DNA from: Chrysomallon squamiferum
Taxonomy: Eukaryota; Animalia; Mollusca
Reading direction: 5' to 3'
Assembly (NCBI GenBank): GCA_012295275.1
Contig: CM022666.1
Span: forward strand, 5,270,001-5,334,000
DNA length: 64,000 bases
This document shows positions 40,385-56,604 of the stretch, piece after piece. The position numbers and the translations under genes were made by a program. Each line of letters opens with the position of its first letter. Positions within the stretch are counted from its first letter, which is position 1. The notes under the pieces were generated by a model. It searched no databases, had not been told where the DNA came from, and saw only the letters and a list, made by a program, of their open reading frames with translations.

Positions 40385-40884
40385 TCTTCAAAACTGAGCA
40401 TCAAAACGGGATGCTAGGAAGCAAGGCTGCTTTGGTCTGGAGATTTAAAGAAAAAAGAAAGTTAATGTAATAATTGGTGTCCAAGTTTTCAGTTGACAGT
40501 CCGGACTAAATTCCTCGCCGAACTCTGAACTACACCGTGACTTCTGTTCAGGTGTTCGATAAGTTATACTAACCTATATATAATAGTACTGTCACCGATG
40601 TATAATAATACTATCACACGCCGGGATTTCCAGTAACCAATGACTACGTCAAAGTCTGTGTACGAACAATGAGGGAACTATTATCTGATGTAAATTTAGC
40701 TTTCATGAATCTATGCGCAGCCGTATTAACAAGAGGTAAGCACGCGAAATAGGGTGTTATGTTTGTGGTATTGTACTCTAGAATACACACTGACATGCGC
40801 AGTTTAGTAAATGACGCGATAAATTGGAAGTATACTGATAAAAAATGTCAATACGTAAAGTTATTCAACTTACTGGGTAAAAAT

Positions 40885-41176
40885 AATTAAGTTAAGTAAT
40901 CGTGAATTGTGGTAGATCTACAAAGTCATTTTATACACACGTACACACTATTATGTAAATTTAGTTAAAAACGTGTGAAAATATCTAAAAGATCAATACA
41001 CACGTACACACTATTATGTAAATTTAGTTAAGTAAACGTGAATTGTGGTACATCTACAAAGTCATTTTATACACACGTACACACTATTATGTAAATTAAG
41101 TTAGGTAAACGTGAATTGTGGTACATCTACAAAGTCATTTTATACACAGGTACATACTATTATGTAAATTTAGTTA
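40885..41176. repeat. About 73-bp tandem repeat, about 4 copies
   Basis: Unit gtgaattgtggtacatctacaaagtcattttatacacacgtacacactattatgtaaatttagttaagtaaac. Confidence 0.85.
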
Positions 41177-41374
41177 ATATTCGCAGTTTATTACTTTACT
41201 GCACAACTTTATTCAGAGCAAAGACCAGCTGGAAAAAAACAATGATGATGATGATGAAGATGATGATGATAAATTTAATAGTAGTAGTAGCAGCAACAGC
41301 AACACTAATTTCAATAGTAGTAGTAGTAGAACTAAGAATAGTACTAATAATGTTGATTAGTAGCAGTAGTAACT

Positions 41375-41730
41375 ATGATGACGATAGTGATAATAAAATT
41401 AATGATGATGACGATAGTGATAATAAAATTAATGATGATGATGATAGTGATAATAAAATTAATGATGATGATGATAGTGATAATAAAATTAATGATGATG
41501 ACGATAGTGATAATAAAATTAATGATGATGACGATAGTGATAATAAAATTAATGATGATGATGATAGCGATAATAAAATTAATGATGATGATGATAGTGA
41601 TGAAAATTAATGATGATGACGATAGTGATAATAAAATTAATGATGATGATGATAGTGATAATAAAATTAATGATGATGATGATAGTGATAATAAAATTAA
41701 TGATGATGATGATAGTGATAACAAAATTAA
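41375..41730. repeat. 30-bp minisatellite, about 12 copies
   Basis: Unit gatgatga(c/t)gatagtgataataaaattaat. Confidence 0.95.
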
Positions 41731-42024
41731 TAATAATATTTATGTTTTTGAAATGCTACTAAAAAGAAAATTGTTTTTGTGATAAAAGAAAATTCTTTAA
41801 ATAGATTGTTTATTATGCAAATTTTACATGAAATTTAAATGTAGCACATATAAACATTTATCACTCTCATAATTTCATTGCATTAGTGCATACTGTATAA
41901 AGAAACATTTAACTTGTATTATTCATTATAAACCAATCAGTGAACATTTAACTTTCATCAGTCAATTTATATAGAAAATCAATATTATGTAAATATTTAT
42001 TCACTGAATACAGCACACATTCAT

Positions 42025-42590
42025 TTTACATAGAACATCCCTAGAACATATTCACTGTTTGTAGAACATCCACTGTACAGATTTACTGAACACAGACCAT
42101 CAGTAGTACATACATTACATATTCACTGTACAAAGAAAAGCCACTATGCATGGAGTATTCATTATCATTTAACATTAATTATATTTACAACATCCACAGA
42201 TGTACATGTTTAGGATATCAACTGTTCAAAAACATCTTTGTACATAGAACATCTACAGCAGAACATCCATTGTGTACAGAACATCTACCATACAAGAACA
42301 TTCACTGTAGAATCATTCACTGTACACTGAACATCTACTGTACTTGAGAATCCAATATACAGTGTATACAGAACATCTGTACAAGATCATCTTTTTACAC
42401 AACACATAGTCTGTAGAACATCCACTGCAGAAGAACACATATTGTACATAGAATATCAACTGTACTAGAGCATCCATTGTACAAAGAATATCCAGTGTAC
42501 AAGAACATACATTGTACATAGAACATATATTGTACAAGAACATCCATTGTACACAGAACATCTATTGTACAAGAATATCCATTGTATAAT
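42025..42590. repeat. Degenerate 18-19-bp minisatellite (agaacatccactgtacat); paralog at 61915-62440
   Basis: Visible periodic motif. Confidence 0.8.
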
Positions 42591-44473
42591 GTGAGTAAAA
42601 CCTAAAATAATAGTAAATAAAACCTGAAGCAGAGTCCATCTTTTGTGAATGATGAGGAATGTCAGTGATTATTTTGTTAATAAAATTCTGGATGATGATG
42701 TAGACAATAAAATTATGAACGATGAGGTTGATACTGAATTTTTGAATGAGAATCTTGACAGTAAAATTCTGAATAATAATGTTGACAGTGAAAATCTGAA
42801 TGATGATGTAGGATGATGGCCATGAAACCCTTTGTTATTAATTATGAGAATGTAATATTTTAAAGTTTTTTAATTTATTTCTTTTCATGTATCTTTCATT
42901 GTCTGATCCTCGCTGGTTTCAAAAATTATTCTTAGCCTGACAAAACCAGATCTGTTAAAAGATGAAAAGAGAGAAAGTAAAAAAAAAAGAATTAATTTCA
43001 TGGAATAAGTTTAGTTGATATATATATATATATATATGAAAGAAATATATATATATATATAAATAATTAATTCATTAATAATTAATAAGGATAAGTAATT
43101 AAATAATAACAACTATAAATTAAATAAAACTATACACAAAAAATATTCATTAATTAATTTAATAAATCAATAGTTTAACTAATAATGATAACAATAAAGT
43201 AACTATAATGATAACAATAAAGTAACTATAATGAACACAAAAATAAAATAATATTCTTTACAACTGAAATTAAAAGAATATTAATATTCAAGAGACCATC
43301 TTAGACAGAAATAATTTACCTTCTTATGTAGATCCAGTAAATTAAGTAAATTATAAAAACAGATAATTAAAATTTAAACAAATATAAGAAAACATATTAC
43401 TTCTATTAGTGTTTTTAAGAATACTAAACACTTTAGATATGTACAAATATAATCTGAGTTCTCACATAAACACAACTAAGACAAATGCACTTACAGTTTT
43501 AAAATTATATTTGATAAAACTCTCTGTCATGACTTGTTAAATTCTTTCATTTTCTATCTATCCCCGGATACATAAATTACATGGTAAGTACTGTACTCTA
43601 TTCATCTTTAATAATGTATCCCTACCTGGATATATAAATTACATGGTATGTACTGTACTGGAATAATACTGTATCCTGGATGTTCAAATTACGTCATTCT
43701 GTAACTTTTGTTTCATTTCCAGTTACATATGGATTAAAAAAAGAAATCAACTAAAAAAAAAGTATTTAAAAATAAATAAATAAACTCACAGATCACACTT
43801 ACCATATCGTGATGGAGACCCAGTCTTTTGAAACTTTGTTTGGTTAGCACAACGTCTGACACCTGTACACCGCCATAAACAAGGAGACACACAACTACAG
43901 TGACAACAGCATTTGATATAAAAAGTGTTTAGATGAAAACTAAAACTGAAACAAAATATTAACTGCGAAAAAAGTTCATCAACAACAATGATACAATAAC
44001 AATAGTTATAAATAACAACAACAATAACAATAATAGTAATAACAGTGATATTACATTAACAACAATAGCAACAACAAGCTTTTCTTGAGATAAAGGTCAT
44101 TGAGTCTGAAAGAGTTGTCTTCCTTAGCATTCTCTGATATATATATCTATATCTATATATATATATATATATATATACGGAGACAGGTAAACGTAATACT
44201 GAACTGAATACACAATTTCTTAACACGTAGTCGAATATTTTCAAACAGAGATTTAGGTTTTTCAGTTTTCTGTCTCAGTATATCATCGTCACCTTCATCA
44301 TCAGCTGTCAAGATAATTCATAGCTTGTATTACAGAAATACTGGGTAACTTATAGTGTATGTAAATAAACAACAAAAACAATAATAACAACAACTATAAC
44401 ACTACTACTACTACAACTACTACTACTAATAATAATAATAATAATAACAGTAATAATAATAATTGATAATAAT

Positions 44474-44535
<62 letters not shown>

Positions 44536-45750
44536 TAATAATAATAATAGCATTATTAGTAGTGGTAGTACTAGTAGTTGGTTTTGTTGCAATAATAATG
44601 GTAGTATCTGTAATAATAATAATTAGAAAATTAATAGTAGTAGTAGAAGAAATGGTAATAATAGTAGTGGCGCTAGTCATAATAACAACAGTAGTAGTAA
44701 TAGTAATAGCAGTAGTAGTGTAGCAGTAGAAATAGTAGTAATAGTAGTATTACTAGTTTTAGTAATAACAGTATTTGCTGTAATAATGAGAATGATCAAA
44801 TTACGTATTAAAATAACTGATATAAAAAGTAATTTAACAATATAACAAATAAAACCTAACTAATTTTATTTAAATGTTAACCTGTTATTATTAGTAGTAC
44901 TTTGTAAATATTGTTGTTGTTGTTGTTATCATCATCATCATCATCATCATCGTTATTATTATTATTATTATTATTAAAAAATTAATTTACATATCTTTGA
45001 CCTACTAATCATATATAATAAATGTGTTACAGCTTCTATAAACATTTAAATACCTTTAATTAATTACTAATAATAATATGCACTGAAGTGTCCATAAACA
45101 AATAATTAATTACCTGTTTCCTTATAATCCACATACTCAGGTACCCGTACAGGAGAAGCTTAGCGAACGAGATTGTCTTGGCCATCCGATGAGCAAACAA
45201 CAAAATATCAACCACAAACATCAAACCGAATATCACACAGAACGCTGTCACTGAATTTCTCTTCACTTTGACGTTTTCGCTGTTTGACAGCATGGTTTAC
45301 CTCCCCTTGACTTGACTCGGAGAAAGGAAAGAGCCAGTGATATTGAAAGACAATATTTACTTTTACTAATATCCATGTCTATTTTTAACTTTTTTTGAAG
45401 AACTGAGATTTTTATTTTATTTTAATGAACTGAAAATTTTGTTATGATACATCTAAATTCCTGATTTAACTAATAGATTATAGAATCAAATCTTTGTACA
45501 CATACGAACATAATATTTCAGAGGATCGGACGTATTTGTGAATATAAAACATCTGATATCAAATGAATTTTTTTGTATGTGTCTGTGTGCAAAAAATAGA
45601 TGAGGGTGTGCCAATTGTGATCCCAACCCCCACCGATCATTTCATGATATGACCTGAAGAAAATATCAGGCTTTAAATGTTGTTTTTGTCTTGTTTTTCT
45701 TCAAAAATTATTCTTAGCCTGACGAAATAGATCTGTTAAAGGATGAAAAT

Positions 45751-45789
<39 letters not shown>

Positions 45790-46884
45790 ATTTGATGGAG
45801 TAAGTTTATATATATATATATGGAATACGTTTATATATATATATATATAAATACATACATACATATAGTTATAAAATAAACACATCAACATAAAAATATC
45901 AATATTGTTTATACAACACAAAACTAACAAAAACGAATTAAATCGAAGCAGATCTTTATTAAAAAATAAAAATATAAATATATGATATTTCATTATTATT
46001 ATATCTGTTTCAATAATAAATTTTTACTTCAGAGATAAAAGTTCTTTATTAAAACCTGATGCAAAACAATGAAAAAGAAGAGACAATAAATTATTTAATA
46101 AATAAAATGAATTGACCAAACAAAATCTATTGGGATGCGGTTCATAACTAATTTAAATTTATTGGAGAGGCATCGAAAAACTTGTTGATCGTTGGAAAGA
46201 ATGATCAATAATAACAGAGAATGCATTACTGATTAAATTACATCTTGTTACCAATTAAGCTCAAGTTTTCTTCTATGTAATGATTACATCAATTTTAACC
46301 ACAATGGCTTATTCCTCAATACTTATTGTTAGAAACATAAATAAATAATCTCAAGATTCACACACACGCACACACGCACACACACACACACACATTTTAA
46401 AAATATAGTGTTATGATTGCATCCGTTCTATTGCAAATGTTAGGAACCCGACTAGCATTTCATTTTTTTTTTAAACTAAATCTATTTATTTATAGCAATA
46501 ATAATTCATTCATAAGAATAACAACAGTCTCTTAGTAAAATTGTGAAACTGAATTTATAATAGTATTAACAATCTATTGTAATGCTGTAATATTGCATTG
46601 ATAATAATAATAGCAGTCTATTAGTAATACTGTAATATTGCATTAGTATTAATACGTTGTTATTCAAAATACTGGCAAGAATTCAATTAGAGTATCAAAA
46701 ATGTTTAAATAATAAAAGTGTGTGTGTGTGTGTGTGTGTGTGTGCAAAATGATAATAAGTAAAGTAATAAAGTAATAGTAATAATAAAAATAATTTGCAA
46801 TAATTCAAAACAATAGTATCACAACCATTTTCTTTTGTTTTATAATTCCACTGAAGACTATAAAGGCTGATCCAATCACAAACA

Positions 46885-46945
<61 letters not shown>

Positions 46946-47117
46946 CCCCCGCTGAAGACTATAAAGGAAGACGAAAGAATGCCTACTATAAACGTTTCAT
47001 GAAAAAGTTATAATAAAATAGTAGTTTAACGTACGCATGTCCCTGACTACTGTCTTTCTATCACAGCTCAAACAAATTATATATCAACAGTTATAATTGA
47101 TGCCTCTCGAAACAGTT

Positions 47118-47857
47118 TTACAGCATATACAGACCAAAGTAGGTTGTCTCAGGATCTCTCAAAATTCTGTTCACAACTGATGTTCTCACCACTACAGTGT
47201 CATTGGCTTTCAGGTAGTAAACAGCTCCAATGTAGGAAGGAACAAAACCTTCCTGGTGTCTTCGTACTTTGCATGTTGTTTGAGGATTTCTGTAGAGGAC
47301 ATCATAATTTGGATATTTTTCAATTGAGTGACACAGCCTAGCATATTCAAGCTCTCTCACTTGGTTGGCATGGAATAAAACGTTGCTGTATATGAAGTAG
47401 TAAGCAGTTTCTTTGACTTGAATCCCCTCAGCGACAACAGCAGCAGCTCCTTTTACAAACGATCTTTTACCAGACGACGTCCATTTGATGAGAGGCTTCG
47501 GTGTGTCTGAAAAGTTTGTAAGAATAAATGATGTTTATAACTACTACAAACTGCTGCTATTAACTACTTTACTATCATCACTGATATTATCACTGCTAAC
47601 ATGCTAATACTATTGTTATAAGAATTACTACTAATATTTCCTAACCACTACTAATGACTAAGTGATAACTACTACGACTACTTTTTCCAGACCATCTTTT
47701 TAAGTAACTATTACTATTACTTCTATTTTACTACTACTACGTTTATTATCAAATCACCTCTTTTAACTGAGTACTACTACTCTACTACGACTGCTACTAC
47801 TACTGCTACTACTATTGTCATTACTACTACAACTCTACTACTACTAGTACTACTCCT

Positions 47858-47893
<36 letters not shown>

Positions 47894-48078
47894 TTACTAC
47901 TACTACTACAACTAATATCTGTTTTCTTACTTTTGTCATATGTTGCATTCACTTCCATTTGTAGATGAGCCGATGTCTTCACATTGTTTTTATTATTCAG
48001 ACGATCAGCGACCTCTCTGATCTGTTTAAGTTTCTGTTCTGCAATATGTATACAGACACTCATACACAAACACACACA

Positions 48079-48115
<37 letters not shown>

Positions 48116-48227
48116 TGATACATGTATAAATACATAGATACATATGTACATAGACTCGTACACATATTTATATAACCTAAATTCAGAACATCAGCGACAT
48201 ATCCGATCTGCTTAAGTTTTTGTTCTG

Positions 48228-48265
<38 letters not shown>

Positions 48266-49070
48266 ATACATGTATATGTACATACACTCGTACACACATA
48301 CGCACATACATACATACAAATACATAATTATAATAACTTTTGTAGATATTTAAATATGTGTGTTTGTGTTAACTTACCACTTTTCTCAGCTTTTGTTTGA
48401 CTTTCAATCAGTTTCTAAAAAGAATATTATTAACCAGTTTGATGTTTATCCACAATAATCACTTCTAAATTCAAAAATATTTTTTAGGACAATGAATTTC
48501 TCCTTTTCATAACGCCAATATTATTAAATGTAGTTGAATCTTTTTTTATAATGAATGAATTTAACGTTTTAATATCCTTATATAGAATTTATCTCTATCT
48601 TAATTTCATATCTACATAAAACCTTTTTCTTTTTGTCTCTCTTTTTTCTTTTTCTATTTATAATGAACTTAAATTTGTTTTATTTTTATACAGAACTTGC
48701 CTATTTCTTAATTTCATACCCAAATTTTATTTTATAATTATTTTTTGAACTTTTATTTTGTATAAAATGTATTTATGGAATTTTTCTCAGATTTTAATAA
48801 ATTATTTACCTTTTCCATAATTTCTCTGATCACTTTCTCTCCATCACTGTAACAGCAATAAATGATATTGTTCCTGGTTCTCTTCGTAGATTTGTCATCA
48901 CAACAGTTTTCTCCTCGTTTGCACGAGATTTTCACACACAGTTCCTCCTCAACCAAGATATTGCTTTCACTATTGGGAACTTTTTTTAATGTTACAGATA
49001 CAATGAAACTGATGAGTATCAAGCTTAGCATCATAAGAGAAATGACAATGACTGCACGAATTGGTACCAT
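47118..49070 (-). CDS. TNF superfamily ligand, copy 5, 264 aa (near-identical to copy 3)
   Basis: Exons 49070-48810, 48414-48378, 48038-47931, 47506-47118; open frame and GT-AG sites. Confidence 0.92.
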
Positions 49071-49539
49071 TTTGTGTAACAACTTTTAATTCCTTTAGCT
49101 GTAAAACACAACCATAAGAAAAACAGTTGTGAGTAGTAATAAATAATACCAAGATAAATACGCAAATACAATATACACATTTATATATATAACATTATTC
49201 CAGCAAAAAATAAAATTAAAAAAATACACACAAATAAAACATTTTTAACGAATGGTTAAATAAATAAATAACATAATAACTATTACCAAGACAAATTCAC
49301 TAACAATATACACACGTACATATATTTCTATAAAACATTCTTTCAAAGAAAAAAAAAATAATACCAAGATATATTTACATCGATAATATACCTATGTGAT
49401 ATCAAAAAAAAAATTAATAATAATAATAGTAATAATAATAATAAAATGCGAGGCTTGATTTATCAATTTTCAGTGGATGCCTTGTATATAAATACTCACC
49501 ACTGAAATCCAATATGACAGCACAGCTATGTCTAATGGT

Positions 49540-50307
49540 TAGGGTTTGCAAATTACCTATATCGTCAATACCGGTAAATTAGCGACAGATATTCTCGATA
49601 CCGGTTTTCACCGGTTTTAGTCAGTTTGTGCCTAGGAAAAGCTACTTACGGAGGGCTCTTGTGGACACTGTTTTTTCTTAGACATACTCATTTTATTTAT
49701 TATTTGACACTCATCTGACAACATTATTCCTTATCCTGCTTTTCCTACCTGTCTTCAGATTAAATCGTGAAATGAACCTTTATAGAACTTAAAATGGGTA
49801 CAAAAGGTATATAAGAAATGTACATGCAATAAAAAAAACCAAGAATAAATGTGGATTCGAATTTTATAAAAAGGAAACAAGGAAATTACGTATATTATCC
49901 AAAATGTACATCATATGTTTTGCAACTTTTGAGAAGTTCTGATTCATTCCTCGATACTCGAGAAGTATGACTTTAAAAAACACAAAACATCTAGTGTCTT
50001 GGGCGACAACCGAGAAGCAGGAGCCAATCCCTTATCACTAGTCGCCAAAATGACTTAGCATGGCACACATGTCAGCAATCAAACAGGTAAACGTGGAACT
50101 TTAAACAGACGAGCTTCGAACTCGCATCTGAAGGGAAGCTAGCAACACCCGAGTAACTAACATAATCTTATGTTAACAGCTAACATATTTCTTAACATAA
50201 ACTCGTTAAAAGTTAGAAAACTGGTATCGGTGCTTCAGTAACGTTATTACCCATCAATTACTAAAACCTGTATTTACAGGTATTTAAATACCGGTTTTCG
50301 AACCCTA
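49540..50307. mobile_element. Non-autonomous hAT-type element, duplicate of 22019-22784
   Basis: Same TAGGG...CCCTA termini, TSD and flanks, so it was copied by segmental duplication rather than by new transposition. Confidence 0.85.
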
Positions 50308-51824
50308 CTAATGGAGCAGATAATCCTCCTGATGAAGACCTTGGTGTTTGATGAGTGTAAAGAGGAGAGTTTTTCATCCGAAATTATTTATATCACTGGA
50401 AAGACGTGGAAATTTAAAAAAATAATAATAATAATAAATAAAAATAAAGATTTTTTTTTCTCAACACAAATGTATAGGGAAAAGTGTGACGGTAGACTTG
50501 CAATCAAAGATGTAACTTTCTAAGAATGAAAACAATTTATAAAAGTAAGAGAAAAACAGCTCGAGGTAACATAATGTGTCAAAACGCGCAATAAACATTC
50601 AGTGCCCTGAAGTGGAATAAATATCCAATCAAGTGGCAGTATTTTGATCACGTGGCTAACCAAGACGATGATGGCTTGTTTGAAGTCTCTACTGCCAAAT
50701 CATCTTATTTTTCCAAGAAGTTGGAAAACAGTTCGCGCTCGAACTATGAATGTATATAACCTATGAAGATATTATTAAATCACTAAAATGTGTTTTTATT
50801 CTGAAAAACTTAAAACGATCAACAGCACTCGGTGAACTCGGGTAGGGCTTAATGGCGGAAAGTTCGATGTTCTCGTAAACCAGCGGAGATCAGATTTCAC
50901 AAGCAAGAAGGAAAATACCTTGACTAAACTACTGTCAAAGTTTGAATAACACATTTAATCACCTTCGTAGGCAGATCGCCTTGTTTTAGAAACATTTCTC
51001 TAGAAAATTTTACTCGGATGAAAACAAAACATTTGTAGGCGATCTCATGGCCTCATTCTGGATATGTGCTCTCTTTGCTGACATTGCATCATCCTCGAAA
51101 TAATAATTTTAAACAAATATACAAAACCTATGAAATAAGTAAAACATTTACTTACTGACCTAAATTAGGTTGCCGCTGAGTTCACACTCGAGACTTTGAA
51201 GAAAACGTATTATATTCTAATGTGTTCACTTTTTATTGGCTACTAAGATTTCCGAGAAATAATAAGATATTGGTCTTTCCACCCAAGGTATAAATAGATG
51301 TTACCTCAGCCCTATTACTTATAGACGGATTCACAAAGTATGAATGCATAATAAATAAATAAATAAATAAATAAACTTTATAGCAGATGTTCGTTCAGTT
51401 CATCGATAAACTCATTCAACAACAACAACAGCAAATGTATTTATTTATAACAATAAACATCCATTCATACAATCCGCCTATTAGTAATACGGTTGACTGA
51501 CAACTATTTATAGCTAGGGTGGAAAGCCCAGTTGCCGAAGTAAATTAATATTTATTACTTCTCGGAAATCCTCAAGGTGAAAAAAACAAGCCAACAACAT
51601 AACGTTAATATGTTGTTATTTGAGATGCTGGCAACTGTCTAAAGAATCTTATTTGAGTATCAGAAACGTTTTAAATAATAAATATATGAATGGGTAAATA
51701 TGTCTGTTTATGTGTTAATTGACAAAAATATAATCTCTGTTTATATGGACAAAATACATAAATAAACAAATAAATAAATAAATAAATAGCAATAACAACA
51801 CCAGTAATAATTACAAACAAACAA

Positions 51825-51872
<48 letters not shown>

Positions 51873-51910
51873 CAACATTTTCATTTAATTTAACAAATCT
51901 ATTTCCAAAA

Positions 51911-51948
<38 letters not shown>

Positions 51949-54051
51949 AAATCAGAAACAAACACACAACTCAAAAATCAGTTTCATAATCTCTAAAGGA
52001 ATTCTGGAGGGGGGGGTTAAGTATATTAAAGAATGGCTGAGATTATCTCCTCAAAGTATGAACAGACCAGAGTAGGTTGTCTGATTCAAAAACAAGTTTC
52101 TAAAATGTATAACATGTAATACTGAACATTTTTAATAATAATTATATAGCACTATTAAAACACTGCATAAATTTCACTATTACATGATTACTGCAATGTT
52201 AAATCTGGAACCCAAAAAGTAGCTAAACAGAAAAGAAAACAACAACAACAAAAAGAAAAAAAAGAAATTAGACACTTTTATGTTACCTTTTAAAAGCTGT
52301 TCAAGAAAAATAACTATTTAGTGAAACGCCTGGTTTCCAGCAATCATCGACATGGATTTAAGGAACCAGGAATACGCTAAGGTCAGCTGGGTTTAGAGGG
52401 CGTGGACACTATCAGCCCCTCAGTGAAAATATTTTGTACTCTGAAAATGCAGCTTGTAATTGGAGGCAAGTAACACAAAATTATCTATTACTTGTTATTA
52501 TTCGCGACTCACGGGATCCAGTGGAACAAATCAGTCCTGGTCAGACAGCATGGTTTTGTCAACTGATCGCTCATTCCACAAGGAAAATTATTTTTATTAT
52601 TATTTGTTTTTCCTCATGTAATCAGATGAATAAATTAGAGACTGATCTTACTACTTTTATAAATTTGAAATTATTTATATGTCAGACTGTTGAATATACA
52701 TCTGCAGTTTAAAGGAAATACATACACGGATCATATTCATACTGAACACATCAAGTTTTTCAAGTATTAATTGTTATGGGTGTTTTGTCTTTCTAATTAT
52801 TTGATAAAATACAAGGGCAGCAGCCGGTGTCAATCATGTTGATATCAGTGATAACAAACCAAGTCTTCAGTATTTGTATAGAAAAGGTATTTTTACCGAA
52901 CAGAGAGAGAGAGAAAAAAAATGTTCACTTTCTCCAAAGCAGATCTTACTCGTATGTTTAATCTGTGGTGAAAATGTTGATTAATGGAATTTTATCAGGA
53001 TTTTTTTTTTTTTATGATGAGCAATGTTCCCATCCGGACCTTTTGTTTATGACAAACTATTTATAGACTGGATGGAAATCTCATTTCTTGAAGAATTTTA
53101 GTTATTACTTATCAGAAACCTTAATCTAAAGAAACACACACACACATATTTCTTAAATAACATTATAACCGTATGCTTTTTATTTGCAAATGGCAGTCAT
53201 GACCTAGTTATTGTTTTGTTAAGGAACCCATCTAGCATTTCATTTTTAAAAATTTTAGAATGATATTTGTGTTCATTATCAACAACAACAACATCTGCAA
53301 CAGAATAATGCATTAATATTTTCTGATTCCGTGTATTAATAATAGGGATAATGTTTTCAAAAAGCACTACTGATTGTGACAGCTAAATAAAAGCTCAGAT
53401 CTTGAAGAAATATTTATTCTCCAAAATTCTTAAAGGGACTCCCTCCACCTCATTGTTAATATACTGTTATTTAAAATACATGTATCGGCAAAAAGTCTAA
53501 AAATATGTATTACAATTATAAAAAACAACATATTAAACCATATTCCAATAGCATAATTAATTATTAATGTAAGAAGTATAAAAATAAATACAAAATGTTA
53601 AACATACCAACTTTATTTTAAAAACAAAAAAACCCATTAAATCGAATTAAATCTTTATTTGATTATTATTATTATATCTGTTTTAATAATAAATTATCTT
53701 ACTTCAGACAAAAAAGTTCGTTAGTAAAAACGGATACAAAACCCTTAAAAAGAGAAGCGACAGTAAAATAATTTTATAAATAAAATACCTATTTATAATT
53801 AGAAAAATAAACAAATAAATAAATAAAGTAATAAAGTAATAACAATAATATGCAATAATTAAAAACACTAGTATTAGAGCAATTTTCAGTATAAGATGAT
53901 GAATTAGGGATTCTTGGTTGGGGAAAATAGTATAAATTATATTTTGAAATATATATTAAAATCACAAAGAAGCAATCACAAACAAGCAATCACAAAAAAG
54001 TAATATAGAAAATTATTATAACAGTTATAATTGAGGCCTCTCGTAACAATT

Positions 54052-54998
54052 TTACAGCATATACAGGCCAAAGTAGGTTGTCTCAGGATCTCTCAAAATG
54101 TTTTTCACAACTGATGTTCTCACCACTATAGTGTCATTGGCTTTGAGAGAGTAGACAGCTCCAATGTAGGAAGCAACAAAACCTTCCTTGTATTTTTGTA
54201 TTTTACATATTGACTGTGGATTTTTGTAGAGGACTTCATAATTTGGATATTTTTCAATTGAGTGACACAGTCTAGCGTATTCTAGCTCTCTCACTTGGTT
54301 GGCATGGAATAAAACGTTGCTGTATATGAAGTAATATGCAGCTTCTTTGACTTGAATCCCGTCCGCGACAACAGCCACACCTCCTTTCACGAACGATCTT
54401 TTGCCAGACGACGTCCATTTGATGAGAGGCTTCGATGTGGCTGAACAGTTTGTAAGAATAATTTATTTTTAAATAATACTTTATTTTATATTGTCAACAG
54501 TTGTAGTTAATATTACTAATATATTTCTATAACTACTACAAACTCCTGCTATTGACTACTTTAGTACCATCATTGATATTTTTACTACTAACGTGCTAAT
54601 ACTATTGTTATCACTATGTCTTCTATTATTTCCTAACCACTGCTAATAACTATTTGAATACTACAACAGCTACTTTTACCAGACCTACTACTACTATTAC
54701 TTCTATTTTACTACTACCAGATTTAATAACAAATCACCTCTTTCAACAGAGTACAATTACTCTACTACTAATACTAATACTCTACTACTACTACTACTAC
54801 TACAACTACTCTATTACTACTAATACTACCAATTTACTACTACTACTACTATTACTACTACTACAACTAATATTTGTTTTCTTACTTTTGTCATATGTTG
54901 CATTCACTTCCATTTGTAGATGAGCCGACGTCTTCACATTGTTTTTATTATTCAGATTGTAAGCGACCTCTCTGATCTGCTTTAGTTTCTGTTCTGAA

Positions 54999-55029
<31 letters not shown>

Positions 55030-55987
55030 GACACATGTAGACTACTGATACCTGTATAAATATATATATTCATCCATACATACATATATTCGTACACATT
55101 GTTTTTATTATCTAAATTCAAAAGATCAGCGACATCTCTGAGCTGCTTTAGTTTTGGTTCTAAAACACACACACCAATAAACACACACACACACACACAC
55201 ACACACATAAATATACATTTGTACATGTTTACATACTTAGACTATACACAAATATGCACGTACATACATATACATAATTATATAAACTTTTGTGGATATT
55301 TAAATATGAGTGCCTGAATGTTTCTGTTTGTGTGTGGATCCTTTTCTGTGTATCTGTCTGTGTTTGTGGATGTATGTGTTTATGGCTTTTCTTGTGTGTA
55401 TCTGTGTTTCTGCGACTTTGTGTTTTTATGTATGTCTGAGAGTGTGTATGTGTATATGTTAACTTACCACTTTTCTCAGCTTTTGTGTGACTTTCGCTCA
55501 GTTTCTACAAAGAATAACCAACTTGAAACTAAATAAATATTTTTCAGCACTATTAATTTCTCCTTTTCATAATTCAAATATTATTTCATTTCTAAAGAAT
55601 TTAACTTTTTATTATTTTTATAGAGAATTACCTTGTTTCTTAATTTCATATCTACAGAAAACAATATTTTTTTCCATTTAATGTATTTATGGAATATAAG
55701 TTTTTAGAACTAAATACAGAATTTACCTTTTTCATAATTTCACTCATCACTTTTTCTCCATCTCTGTAACAGCAATACGTGATATTGTTCCTGGTTCTGG
55801 TCGTAGATTTGTCATCACAACAGTTTTCTCCTGGTTTGCACGAGATTTTCACACACAGTTCCTTGTCAAACAACAAGCTGGTTTCACTGTTCAGAAATTC
55901 GTTTAATGTTCCAGATGCAATGAAACTGATGAGTATGAAGTTTAGTACCATAAGAGAAATGGCAATGACTGGACGAATTGGTACCAT
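54052..55987 (-). CDS. TNF superfamily ligand, copy 6, 264 aa
   Basis: Exons 55987-55727, 55504-55468, 54993-54886, 54440-54052; open frame and GT-AG sites. Confidence 0.92.
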
Positions 55988-56604
55988 TTTGTGTAACAAC
56001 TTTTATTTCCTTTAGAAGTAATCTGTAAAACATAACCCAAAGAAAACAATTAAATAATACCAAGATAAATACACACACCCGCACACGTACACAGACACAA
56101 TATACACACACTTATATAACACATTATTTCAGCAATCCAAAAATATACACTTGTACATACACAAATATGAAACTTAAAAAATTCACATACAATATACACA
56201 CGTACATATAGTTCTGTATAATATTATTTCAAAGAAAAAAGTTAAATAAATAATATCAAGATATATTTACATTGATAATATTCTTAGGCGATGTCGTAAA
56301 AAAATAAAAATTAAAAAAATAGCAAAGGTTTCTCTTTTGAAAATGCGAGGCCTGATTTATCAGTTTTCAGTGAATGCCTTGTAAACCACTGTGTACAAAT
56401 ACTCACCACTGAAATCCAATATGACAGCACAGCGATGTGTAATGAAACAGATAATCCTCCTGATGAAGACCTCGGTATCTGATGCCACGAAATTTGTTTC
56501 CAATTGTTGAGTAGTGTAAGGAGTAGAGCTTTTCGTCCGAAGTTATTTATATCACTGGAAAGAGGTAGGATTTTAAAGAAATAATTGAAAATAAATATAT
56601 TGTT

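Noticed and set aside
41116-41782. ORFs with DDDDSDNKIN or poly-Met/Ile repeats resembling an acidic biomineralisation protein
   Set aside because: They are translations of a 30-bp minisatellite open in several frames and on both strands, with a 1-nt frameshift and no splice context.
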